From Alphaproteobacteria bacterium (lineage in GTDB: Bacteria > Pseudomonadota > Alphaproteobacteria > UBA2966), in NCBI GenBank assembly GCA_964291395.2, contig OZ219858.1, positions 864,001-928,000 on the forward strand: 64,000 nt of DNA. Direction: 5' to 3'. The notes under the pieces were generated by a model, which saw only the letters and a list, made by a program, of their open reading frames with translations, did no database searches and was not told the DNA's origin. Position 1 is the stretch's first letter. Each line of letters starts with the position of its first letter. The position numbers and the translations under genes were made by a program. Below, one piece after another: positions 55,399-64,000 of this stretch.

Positions 55399-57323
55399 AC
55401 ATAGAGACGTTCAAGAACCAGGGTTGGCGCCCCGGTGGCAATTTCGGTGGCACGACCCTATTCAAGGCCCTCGGACATCCCCATGCCACGGAACGGGGGC
55501 AGGCGATGATTCAGCGACTGCGGCAGGCAGGTCCGGTCGCCGTCTACGATCCGTTGGGACAGGCCTCTGATTTTGAGGTGCTCTATTCGCTCGATGGCTG
55601 CAACGTTGTGGCCGCCTTCGTTCAGAACATCGACGAGGTCGGCACGAACGTGGCGGGTTGCGATGCCAGGCCGGTCACCGAGTTGCGAGGCTGTGCGGCG
55701 GCGACGCTTTTGATCGCCGCATTCGATGCGGACCGGCTCTTGGATCATATCCGTCATCTTTTGCCCGAGGGGATGAGCGTCGTCTCCCTCGACGAAATGC
55801 GCCTGCCCGAGGATTGGCTCAGCAATCGCCGCAAATATCTTGATCCCTTGAATTTTGCGACCAACTTCGCCTTTTTCCGTGACACGCAGGATCTGCACAC
55901 GTCCGTTCGTACCGCGAATTACTGGGCCGGATACGGCGCTCGGGATGTAGAGTTGTGGCTCTGCCTGTTCGACGAGTCCGGCTCCGTGTTGGCGAGTTGG
56001 AACGAACCGCTGACCGACGCGTGTTCCTCCATCACGATCGACAGCGCCGCAGTTCGGAGCCGGTTCGCTCTCGATGACTATTGCGGCTCTCTGTTCATTC
56101 ATGCGTTGCGCGTTCGCGGGCACGACGTCGTCAAGTACGCGCTGGACGTCCACGGGAATGACGCCGGCACGCTTTCTTGCACGCATGACGCCAATGCCTG
56201 GCCGGCGGATCTCTATGGCGGCACGCCGGCTCCGGACGAGGGTGAGCGCGTCGTGCTTTGGATTCAGAACAGCCACCCGCTCGCGATTCCCAGGGGCGGG
56301 GTCGGACTGAACGCCATGGGCTCACAGGATATCGCGTGGCTGGATCAGGAAATTCCTGCTTTCGGCACCCATGCACTCGATGTCGCCACTCTTCTTCCCG
56401 ATCTCCACTGGCCCGGCCAAATCGAAGTCCAGGCGGGGCGCTACTTCGTCCGGCCTCGATACGAGATCGAAGGCCCCGGCGGTCGGCGAAGGATCGCCCA
56501 CGCCAACGTCGAGCGCACCGATCTTGAGCCTGATCCACGAATTCCGGACCTTGCACCGCTCATGGGCAAGGGGTACATCCTGCCCTTTCCGGTATTGCCG
56601 GTGAGCGAATTCAGGAGCCTCGCTCTTCCGACGCCCATGGCGGCCACTCAGCGGGAGCTGCCCATCAAGTGCGCTCTGATGGACGCGGCCGGAGAGCGCG
56701 TCTCCGAGAAGTTTCTCGGACGCATCGCGCGGCGCGACAGCGTGGTCGTCGATGTCGACTCATGGATGCGGGATGAGGCCATTGACCTGCCGTCCGGCTA
56801 CGGGCACATCGAACTGCTCTATGACTTCAGGGACGGCGGCGAGGCGGACGGCTGGTTGCACGGCATCGGGCGCTACCGCCGCCGCGACAGCGAGTACGCG
56901 GCGGAAACGAGCTTCGGTGCTCACATCTTCAACACGCCCGTCGTGTATCGGGACGAACCGCAATCTTACGCGTCCAACCCTCCCGGATTGTCGACCCGCC
57001 TGTTTCTCAGGGTTGGTGGCCATGGTCTCCAGACCATGTGCCACCTCATCTACCCCGCCTCGCAGCCCTGGAAAGACTTTTCGGACACACAGTTCATCCT
57101 CCATGACGGAAACGGGGAAATCGTGGATACGGTCTCCGTCAAGATCCCTTGTAGCGGATCTCTGCACTGGCGCTACCACGAGACATTCGACGCGGATGCC
57201 GTGAGCCGCGCCGGCGACGGTGCCTACATTCTGGTCCGTGATGCGACATGCCGTCTTTTCGGTTATCACGGGCTGCTCTCGAACGACGACGCCTTTTGCC
57301 TCGACCATATGTTCGGTTTCTGA
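55389..57323 (+). CDS. Hypothetical protein (644 aa): Rossmann-like N-terminus plus four beta-rich modules
   Basis: Long uninterrupted ORF with AGGAG RBS, overlapping the upstream stop; no family recognised. Confidence 0.8.
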   Translation: MSLNIETFKNQGWRPGGNFGGTTLFKALGHPHATERGQAMIQRLRQAGPVAVYDPLGQASDFEVLYSLDGCNVVAAFVQNIDEVGTNVAGCDARPVTELRGCAAATLLIAAFDADRLLDHIRHLLPEGMSVVSLDEMRLPEDWLSNRRKYLDPLNFATNFAFFRDTQDLHTSVRTANYWAGYGARDVELWLCLFDESGSVLASWNEPLTDACSSITIDSAAVRSRFALDDYCGSLFIHALRVRGHDVVKYALDVHGNDAGTLSCTHDANAWPADLYGGTPAPDEGERVVLWIQNSHPLAIPRGGVGLNAMGSQDIAWLDQEIPAFGTHALDVATLLPDLHWPGQIEVQAGRYFVRPRYEIEGPGGRRRIAHANVERTDLEPDPRIPDLAPLMGKGYILPFPVLPVSEFRSLALPTPMAATQRELPIKCALMDAAGERVSEKFLGRIARRDSVVVDVDSWMRDEAIDLPSGYGHIELLYDFRDGGEADGWLHGIGRYRRRDSEYAAETSFGAHIFNTPVVYRDEPQSYASNPPGLSTRLFLRVGGHGLQTMCHLIYPASQPWKDFSDTQFILHDGNGEIVDTVSVKIPCSGSLHWRYHETFDADAVSRAGDGAYILVRDATCRLFGYHGLLSNDDAFCLDHMFGF

Positions 57324-57422
57324 CGGCGGTTCACGCCGCCGTGTCTTGCGCGACCGCCACCGGCTTCATAAATACGGGAGGCCGTCCTCGGCCACGAGAC
57401 GTTGCTGCATGAGGAGTGCCGT

Positions 57423-58391
57423 ATGAGCGAGCGCAAACATAGCCGAGTCCTGATCGTCGGGTCCGGCCCTGCAGGGTACACCGCCGCGATCTATGCAGCC
57501 CGGGCGAGCTTGGCGCCGATGGTGGTTCGCGGGTTGGAGCCCGGCGGGCAGATGACCATCACCACCGATGTGGAGAACTATCCGGGATTCTCCGAGATCA
57601 TCCAGGGACCCTGGCTCATGGAGCAGATGGCGGAACAGGCCCGTAGCGTCGATGCCGAACTGATCGATGACATGATCACGGAGATCGACCTCTCGTCCCG
57701 TCCCTTCAGCGCCAAAGGTGATTCCGGAAACGCCTACAGCGGCGATTCGGTGATTATTGCGACGGGCGCGCAGGCGCGCTGGCTTGGCCTGCCCAGCGAG
57801 GAGAGGTTCAAGGGCTTTGGCGTGTCCGCCTGCGCGACATGTGACGGATTCTTCTTCCGCCAGAAACAGGTCATCGTCGTGGGCGGCGGGAACACGGCGG
57901 TGGAGGAGGCGATCTATCTCACCAACCACGCCAGCAAGGTGACGCTGGTCCATCGCCGGGATGAGCTCAGAGCGGAGAAGATTCTCCAGAAGCGGCTGTT
58001 CGACAATGAGAAAATCGCAATCCTGTGGAACCACGTCCTCGAGGAAGTCCTAGGCGAGCAGGAGCCCCCGGGCGTGACCGGAGTCAGGCTCCGGCATGTC
58101 CGAACCAACGAGAGCCGGGAGATGGCCGTCGACGGCGTATTCATCGCCATCGGCCATACGCCCTCCACGGAATTGTTCCGGGGCCAGGTCGAGATGGACG
58201 ACGAGGGGTACATCGCGACGGCCGCAGATTCGACGGCAACGAACATCCCTGGCGTCTTCGCGGCCGGAGACGTTCAGGACAAGATATACCGCCAGGCTGT
58301 AACGGCCGCAGGCACCGGATGCATGGCCGCACTGGAAGCCGAAAAGTTCCTCGCGGAGCATGACGCCACGGCACGCAAGGCTGCGGAGTAA
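57423..58391 (+). CDS. trxB: Thioredoxin reductase
   Basis: GSGPAGY, CATCDG, GGGNTA, FAAGDV. Confidence 0.98.
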   Translation: MSERKHSRVLIVGSGPAGYTAAIYAARASLAPMVVRGLEPGGQMTITTDVENYPGFSEIIQGPWLMEQMAEQARSVDAELIDDMITEIDLSSRPFSAKGDSGNAYSGDSVIIATGAQARWLGLPSEERFKGFGVSACATCDGFFFRQKQVIVVGGGNTAVEEAIYLTNHASKVTLVHRRDELRAEKILQKRLFDNEKIAILWNHVLEEVLGEQEPPGVTGVRLRHVRTNESREMAVDGVFIAIGHTPSTELFRGQVEMDDEGYIATAADSTATNIPGVFAAGDVQDKIYRQAVTAAGTGCMAALEAEKFLAEHDATARKAAE

Positions 58392-58412
58392 GGGCGACCG
58401 CCGGGCCAGACC

Positions 58413-59306
58413 ATGGACTGGGACAAACTCAGGATATTCCACAGTGTCGCTGATGCGGGTAGCTTCACCCACGCGGGCGAAACGCTGAACCTCAGTCAAT
58501 CCGCCGTCAGCCGGCAGATCGGCGCGCTGGAGGAGAACCTCGGCGTCATGCTGTTCCATCGCCATGCGCGGGGACTCATCCTGACCGAGCAGGGCGAGAC
58601 GCTCTATCGCACCGCGCACGACGTGTCCGCGCGTTTGGCGATGACCGAAGCCATGATCACGGACGCCGCCGAAAAGCCCCGGGGCGAACTCAAGGTGACG
58701 ACGACCGTGGGGTTCGGCTCAACTTGGCTGACACCCCGAATTCGCGAGTTCACCGAACATTACCCGGATGTCACGCTCCACCTCATCCTCGATGATCGTG
58801 AACTCGACCTCGGTATGCGGGAGGCAGACATCGCGATCCGCATGCACGAGCCGGTTCAGGGTGATCTCGTGAAACGGAAGCTCGTCAGGGTGCATCGCCA
58901 TATCTATGCCTCGCCGGAATATCTCTCCCGCAACGGAACGCCCGCGACGATCGAGGATTTGGCAGATCACAAGCTCATCGTATATGGCGAGGAAGCCCCG
59001 ACGGTTCTGGCCGACGTGAACTGGCTTCTCACGCTAGGCGACAAGGGAAGCAAGAAGCGGCTAAATCCGACATTGAAGGTGAACAACATCTACGGCACGC
59101 TCCTCGCGGTCGAATCCGGCGTGGGTATCGCGGGACTGCCCGACTACATAGTTCAGGGTCACTCGCGGGTGACGCGGATCATTCCCGAGGTCGAGGGGCC
59201 GGCGTTCGACACCTTTTTCGTCTATCCCGAAGAACTTAGGCATTCGAAGCGAGTCGCCATTTTCCGCGACTTTCTTGTTCGAAAGGTTCAAGGGGAGCGA
59301 TTTTAG
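58413..59306 (+). CDS. LysR-family regulator, LsrB/VtlR-like
   Basis: MDWDKLRIFH..A.AGSFTHA, LFHRHARGLILTEQGE; directly downstream of trxB, as lsrB/vtlR are. Confidence 0.9.
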   Translation: MDWDKLRIFHSVADAGSFTHAGETLNLSQSAVSRQIGALEENLGVMLFHRHARGLILTEQGETLYRTAHDVSARLAMTEAMITDAAEKPRGELKVTTTVGFGSTWLTPRIREFTEHYPDVTLHLILDDRELDLGMREADIAIRMHEPVQGDLVKRKLVRVHRHIYASPEYLSRNGTPATIEDLADHKLIVYGEEAPTVLADVNWLLTLGDKGSKKRLNPTLKVNNIYGTLLAVESGVGIAGLPDYIVQGHSRVTRIIPEVEGPAFDTFFVYPEELRHSKRVAIFRDFLVRKVQGERF

Positions 59307-59375
59307 AGTCTCAGTTTGGCTGGAACCGCTCCAGCGTTCCTTGTTGGTCAGGGCGGGGGACCTTCGGCCCGCTCC
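59304..59375 (+). repeat. Copy E of the TAG-anchored palindromic repeat
   Basis: TAGAGTCTCAGTTTGGCTGGAACCGCTCCAGCGTTCCTTG...GCGGGGGACCTTCGGCCCGC from the LysR stop. Confidence 0.7.
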
Positions 59376-59382
59376 ACAAGCC

Positions 59383-59397
59383 ATGCAAAAAACGCAT
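59383..59397. promoter_or_regulatory. LysR-type box upstream of the sRNA candidate
   Basis: ATGC-N7-GCAT (contains T-N11-A), about 45 bp before the -10-like CATATAT at 59443. Confidence 0.65.
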
Positions 59398-59454
59398 AGC
59401 TGGTCTGAACATTTGGGCCTACCGGCGCTCTTCCGTTACGACCATATATGACGG

Positions 59455-59605
59455 GACTGAGTATTGCGTCCGCAATACTCACGACGCTTCGAGCGCTTCG
59501 CTCGAAGCGGGTCGAATTTGGCCCCCCACATTCGACCGATCTACGTCTCCCAGACGTAATGCCTCCCTGTTACAGTTGCCGGGCCCAAGTGGCCCGGCTT
59601 TTTTT
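59455..59605 (+). ncRNA. Candidate AbcR-like anti-SD small RNA
   Basis: Five consecutive hairpins, CTCCCA and CCTCCC motifs, intrinsic terminator, position after the lsrB/vtlR-like gene; 5' end estimated. Confidence 0.72.
59578..59605 (+). terminator. Rho-independent terminator
   Basis: GCCGGGCC-CAAGT-GGCCCGGC followed by T7. Confidence 0.9.
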
Positions 59606-59644
59606 GTTTTACTTCCGCACGTCATGCGCTGATTGGAGACGTAG

Positions 59645-60265
59645 ATGAAGACTCTGGACTGGTATTTCGACTTTTTGTCGGGTTTCGCCTATCTGCAATT
59701 GAAGCAGCTGAAAGACCTGCCCGGCGATGTATCGATCTCTTACCATCCCATGCTGTTCGCAGGGTTGCTGCGGCACCACGAGACCAAGGGCCCGGCTCAG
59801 ATTCCGCGGAAGCGCGTATACACCTACCGCCATTGGATCTGGCAGGCGAAACAGGCGAACATCCCGTTCCGCATGCCGCCCAATCATCCGTTTCCGCCCT
59901 TGCCGCCGCTGCGCCTGGCCATCGCCCTCGAGAACGACGGTTCGGCGATCGAGACGATATTCGATCACATCTGGCAGCGAGGAGAGGACGTGGGCGACCC
60001 CCAGGGGTGGACCCGGTTGACGGACAGGCTGGGCATCGCCGATGCCGAGACGCTGATTGAAGATCAGGGGGTCAAGGACCAGCTCCGCGCGAACACGGAG
60101 GCCGCCGTCGAGCTCGGCCTTTTCGGCGTGCCGACGGCCATCGTCGACGACGAGCTCTTCTGGGGCCAGGACTCGACGTCGATGCTGTTCGCCTATCTCG
60201 AGGATCCGGAACTGTTTCAGGACGACGAGATGGTCAGGGCGGCGAACCTGCCGACGGGCATTTAG
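59645..60265 (+). CDS. 2-hydroxychromene-2-carboxylate isomerase / DsbA-like (GST-kappa) protein
   Basis: WYFDFLS..AYL, HPF, GLFGVPT, LFWGQD. Confidence 0.88.
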   Translation: MKTLDWYFDFLSGFAYLQLKQLKDLPGDVSISYHPMLFAGLLRHHETKGPAQIPRKRVYTYRHWIWQAKQANIPFRMPPNHPFPPLPPLRLAIALENDGSAIETIFDHIWQRGEDVGDPQGWTRLTDRLGIADAETLIEDQGVKDQLRANTEAAVELGLFGVPTAIVDDELFWGQDSTSMLFAYLEDPELFQDDEMVRAANLPTGI

Positions 60266-60292
60266 AGCGGGGGGAGGTCTCGGCGACCGACG

Positions 60293-60608
60293 CTACATGA
60301 ACAGCCGTTTGCCTTCCATGCCGTCATACAGTTGGGCAACGAACTTGCCGTAACCGTTGTAAATCACCGTCGGAATTCTGTCGTTCGTCCCGAGCACGCG
60401 TTCCGTCGCTTGGCTCCATCGGGGGTGGGGAACTTCCGGATTGACATTCGCCCAGAAGCCATACTTCCACGGGGCCGCAAGCCGGAGCGGCGCGCCGTGC
60501 TGCTTTGCCAGCGGTTTGCCATAAGCGCCCGTTACCATGAACGCGAGATCGTGCCGCCTCGGCAATGGTCAGTCCTTCGAGATAGGGCCAGGGATACCAG
60601 AACTGCCG
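60293..60608 (-). pseudogene. msrP: msrP (yedY) 3' remnant, frameshifted and internally deleted
   Basis: [18 protein letters not shown] [frameshift] [32 protein letters not shown]|[24 protein letters not shown]; Tat signal and N-terminal half absent. Confidence 0.85.
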
Positions 60609-60745
60609 CGGATGCGGACCCGTCAGGCCCGGCGCTCCGCCGCTATCCGCGGCCTGACCCAGCTGCCGACCCCGGCCGCCGCTTCCTCGGCGCGTTGGCG
60701 GGACGGCCCGGCAAGAGGCCCTGAACGTTCGGTCCTTGATCGATC

Positions 60746-61507
60746 CTATGAAGGCCCGGCCGAATCGTGGAGCGCGATCGCGGACCCCACCCTTGAGGCG
60801 AGCTGCATGAGGTGCACGCCCACCCGGGCGCGATGTGCGCCCGTGAACCTGCGAATGGGCCCGATCGCGCCGACGCTGAACATGGCCCCGAGGTCGCCGG
60901 TCTGTACCGGCGCGGCCACGCTCGCTACGCCGACCTCGATCTCTTCGACGCATTCCGCGTATCCCCGCGTGCGAATGCCCGCGAATTCCGCCCGCAGCTC
61001 GTCGCGCGTGATCTTCGTCCGCGCCGTGTAGGCCTTGAGCGGGCCGTCGAGAATCTCCTCGCGAAAATCCTCCTCCGCGAATGCCGCAATCGCCTTGGAG
61101 CACGAACAGGCATGCATCGGGCGATGGCCGAGGCCCGGATGGATGTAGGCCCGCGCCGGATCGGCCGGCGTCTCTACGTGAATGATCTCGACGTTCCTGT
61201 TCCGCAGCCGGGACAGGAAGACGGCTTCGCCGAAATCCATGGCGGCATCCTTCAGCGTCGGCGCGACCGCATTACGCACGTCGGCGTCCGGTCTGCCGAG
61301 CAGGGCGATCCGGATCAGCCGCCCGCCGATCAGATACCGGGACGTCCCCTCGGGATCGTCCAGCAGGCGGTGATCCGCCAGGGTCTGCAGCAGCCGATAG
61401 CAGGTCGGGCGCGGCAAGCCGGTCGCCCGCTGAAGCTCCGGCGCGGAGAGCGGCCGCCCGGCGACGGCGACCGTCTCGAGCACGGATACGACCCGGTCTA
61501 GATGCAT
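60746..61507 (-). CDS. IclR-family regulator
   Basis: HTH LPRPTCYRLLQTL; IclR effector domain (R.RGYA...EE...GV.SVA.P). Confidence 0.9.
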   Translation of the reverse strand: MHLDRVVSVLETVAVAGRPLSAPELQRATGLPRPTCYRLLQTLADHRLLDDPEGTSRYLIGGRLIRIALLGRPDADVRNAVAPTLKDAAMDFGEAVFLSRLRNRNVEIIHVETPADPARAYIHPGLGHRPMHACSCSKAIAAFAEEDFREEILDGPLKAYTARTKITRDELRAEFAGIRTRGYAECVEEIEVGVASVAAPVQTGDLGAMFSVGAIGPIRRFTGAHRARVGVHLMQLASRVGSAIALHDSAGPS

Positions 61508-61636
61508 GATCGTCTCATTCTACGGACATTTATATCATGAAATGCTATTCAAGCCATGGGTTTTTCGCTAGACTCGGATCGTCCGGACAACTGCAACGTC
61601 CGCCTCGGGCGGACCGCGCATCGGGAGGGAGACGAC

Positions 61637-63001
61637 ATGACCGGGAACGGCGGTTCGGAGTGTTGCGGCCCCGGCTACGCCTCGCCCGAGGAGGCCATGA
61701 AGGCGCCGCGCGAGACGCTGCTCTACACGGTAGCGCTGTACATCGGCACCGGCATCCAGAAGCCAGACTATCTGGCCACCATCGACGCGGACCCAGAAAG
61801 CCCCACCTACTCGCAGGTCGTCAGCCGGCTGGAAATGCCCGGCATCGGCGACGAGCTCCATCATACGGGGTGGAATGCATGCTCCTCCTGCCATCACGAT
61901 CCCACGAAGGAGCGGCGCTACCTGATCGTGCCCGGCGTGCGCAGCTCCAACCTGCACATCGTGGATTGCGCGAGCGACCCGCGGCGCCCGCGGCTGCACA
62001 AGGTGATTGACGGCGCCGAGATCAAGCGGAAGACCGATCTTTCGGCGCCGCACACGGTGCATTGCCTGGGCTCCGACATCATCATTTCCATGCTGGGCGA
62101 CGCCGGGGGCGAGGCCCCCGGCGGCTATCTCCACCTCGACCAGGACTTCGAGATCGTGGGGCGTTGGGAGAACGGCCTCGGCGGCATGAAGTTCAATTAC
62201 GACTTCTGGTACCAGCCGCGCCACAACGTCATGGTCTCCAGCGAGTGGGCCGCGCCCAACACCTTCATGCCGGGCTTCGACCTCGAGGAGGTGGGCCACC
62301 TGAAGTACGGCCGCGAGCTTCACTTCTGGAACTTCAGGGAGAAGCGTGTCGAGAACACGATCTACCTGGGCGAGGACGGCCTGATCCCGCTGGAGGTCCG
62401 TTTCCATCACAACCCGGATTCGAGCCATGGCTTCGTCGGCGCGGCGCTCTCGTCGAACATCCTCCACTGGTACAAGAAGAACGACGAGTGGATCGTCGAG
62501 AAGATCATCGACGTGGAGAACGAGCGGCATCCGGACTGGCCGATCCCGATACCCGGCGTGATCAGCGTGATCCTGCTGTCGATGGACGATCGGTTTCTCT
62601 ACTTCTCGAACTGGCTTCACGGAGACTTGCGCCAGTACGACATCTCCGATCCCTCCGATCCCAGGCTCACCGGTCAAGTCTGGATGGGCGGCCTTCTCGG
62701 CAGAGCCCCGGAGGTGAACGGCCGCCGCATCACGGGCGGACCGCAGATGCTTCAGCTCTCGCTCGACGGGAGGCGTCTCTACGTGACCACTTCCCTGTTT
62801 TCGACCTGGGACAACCAGTTCTACCCGGGCATCCGCGAGAATGGCGGTTGCATGCTGATGGTCGACTGCGACACCGAGGGGGGCGGCATGTCGATCAATC
62901 CCGACTTCTTCGTCGACTTCGGCAAGGAGCCCCACGGGCCGGCGCGTTGCCACGAAACGCGCTATCCCGGCGGCGACTGCACCTCCGACATCTGGACATA
63001 G
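61637..63001 (+). CDS. SBP56/SELENBP1-family protein (methanethiol oxidase-like)
   Basis: CCGPGYASP.EAM..PRE, GDELHHTGWNACSSC, PHTVHC, YDFWYQPRHNVMVSSEW, GGPQMLQLSLDGRRLYVT, HETRYPGGDCTSDIW; GGGAGGGAG RBS. Confidence 0.93.
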   Translation: MTGNGGSECCGPGYASPEEAMKAPRETLLYTVALYIGTGIQKPDYLATIDADPESPTYSQVVSRLEMPGIGDELHHTGWNACSSCHHDPTKERRYLIVPGVRSSNLHIVDCASDPRRPRLHKVIDGAEIKRKTDLSAPHTVHCLGSDIIISMLGDAGGEAPGGYLHLDQDFEIVGRWENGLGGMKFNYDFWYQPRHNVMVSSEWAAPNTFMPGFDLEEVGHLKYGRELHFWNFREKRVENTIYLGEDGLIPLEVRFHHNPDSSHGFVGAALSSNILHWYKKNDEWIVEKIIDVENERHPDWPIPIPGVISVILLSMDDRFLYFSNWLHGDLRQYDISDPSDPRLTGQVWMGGLLGRAPEVNGRRITGGPQMLQLSLDGRRLYVTTSLFSTWDNQFYPGIRENGGCMLMVDCDTEGGGMSINPDFFVDFGKEPHGPARCHETRYPGGDCTSDIWT

Positions 63002-63013
63002 GGCGCGGCGGCG

Positions 63014-63427
63014 ATGCCGGGAACCACGAAGCCGGGTGGCGGCGGGCCAGAGCGCTTCACTGTCACGCTAGCCAACCGCGGCGGGCGCTCCTACGCGGTC
63101 GACGGGAACAGGCCGCTGCTCGACGCTCTCGAACGGCGCGGTGAGTCCCTGCCCTACGGCTGCCGCTACGGCGGGTGCATCTCGTGCGCCGCCAAGCTGC
63201 TTGCAGGCGAGGTCGATCAGAGCGCGGGCGTCGCTCTCAACGGCCGCCAGCTGGCGCACGGCTACGTGTTGCTCTGCGTGGCGCAGCCCCGAAGCGATTG
63301 CACGCTCGACGTCGGGGTCGAAAGCCACGACAGGTTGTACCGCAACCCCTTCCAGAGCCCGCTCCGGCCGGACGAACTCAAGCCCGGCATCCTGACAAAG
63401 CCGACGACCGCGGAGGCTCCGCCATGA
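63014..63427 (+). CDS. Plant-type 2Fe-2S ferredoxin
   Basis: LPYGCRYGGCISC...LLCVA.PRSD. Confidence 0.9.
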   Translation: MPGTTKPGGGGPERFTVTLANRGGRSYAVDGNRPLLDALERRGESLPYGCRYGGCISCAAKLLAGEVDQSAGVALNGRQLAHGYVLLCVAQPRSDCTLDVGVESHDRLYRNPFQSPLRPDELKPGILTKPTTAEAPP

Positions 63428-63873
63428 ATCACGATGAAGACTATCCGGCGGAATACTTGGCCGGAATCCTGAGCACGGTGAAAACCATCGCCATGGTCGG
63501 CGCGAGTGCCGACCCGACGAAATTCAGTTACGGCGTGCTGCGGGTCCTGCACGAAACGGGCTACGACATGATCCCCGTCAATCCCCGTGAGGCTGGCAAC
63601 AAGATCCGCGGCCTCGAATGCCGCGAATCCCTGTCCACGATCAGGCGGCCCGTCGACATGGTGCAGATCTTCCGGTCGTCCGAGGCGGCCTACGGCGTCA
63701 CCGAGGAGGCGATCGACATCGGCGCCAAGGTGGTCTGGATGCAGCTCGGCGTGCGCAATGACGCGGCGGCTCGCCTGGCGGAAGGGGCCGGCCTCAAGGT
63801 GGTGATGAACCGCTGCCCGAAGATCGAGCTGTTCCGCCCGTTCTGGACGCCCCGCCTCAACCGGAAGATATAG
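63424..63873 (+). CDS. CoA-binding domain protein (YccU-like)
   Basis: IAMVGAS, PVNP, VDMVQIFR, VWMQLG, VVMNRCPKIE; ATGA overlap with the ferredoxin. Confidence 0.9.
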   Translation: MNHDEDYPAEYLAGILSTVKTIAMVGASADPTKFSYGVLRVLHETGYDMIPVNPREAGNKIRGLECRESLSTIRRPVDMVQIFRSSEAAYGVTEEAIDIGAKVVWMQLGVRNDAAARLAEGAGLKVVMNRCPKIELFRPFWTPRLNRKI

Positions 63874-63966
63874 ACGGCGCCCGGCCAGAGGCCGTGTCAA
63901 TCGCTCCGGGCAGGCGCTAGAATCGTTGCACTGTTCCTCACAAGGTCCGGAGCAGGGAGGTTTTCT

Positions 63967-64000
63967 ATGGCGCAGCTCTACGACCACGAAGGCATGAAGC
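63967..64000 (+). CDS. Start of an unidentified gene (partial)
   Basis: GGGAGG RBS then MAQLYDHEGMK. Confidence 0.5.
   Translation, partial: MAQLYDHEGMK

Noticed and set aside
59455-59540. Tandem hairpins as a CRISPR array or REP cluster
   Set aside because: The hairpins differ in sequence, there is no repeat-spacer periodicity, and no cas genes are in the window

Overview
GC-rich alphaproteobacterial chromosome segment, Rhodospirillales-like by gene order (inference). It is mostly core genes: nth, ada-type methyltransferase, dapB, hrcA-grpE/dnaK-dnaJ, rph-rdgB-hemW, lpoA-like/rsmI-yraN-BON-sirB1-gshB, comM, ampG, ettA, thiI, pckA, yqeY-dnaG-rpoD-tRNA-Ile2, carAB-greA and lrp/trxB-lsrB(vtlR)-like. 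Features not explained by the ORF track: (i) a CyaC-type membrane/2Fe-2S cyclase gene cut by the left edge; (ii) the 3' remnant of a class C group II intron; (iii) a small palindromic repeat family whose five clear copies each begin at a TAG stop codon; (iv) a serine-recombinase relic at the tRNA-Ile2 3' end; (v) a five-hairpin AbcR-like sRNA candidate with a LysR box directly downstream of the LsrB/VtlR-like regulator; (vi) a decayed msrP with a microhomology-type deletion. The best candidates for undescribed systems are an ELM1/GtrOC1 gene coupled to a 644-aa unknown protein with four His-ended modules, and an IclR-linked operon encoding a human-SELENBP1-like methanethiol oxidase homologue, a 2Fe-2S ferredoxin and a CoA-binding protein. 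All family calls come from motif recognition by eye; no database searches were run.
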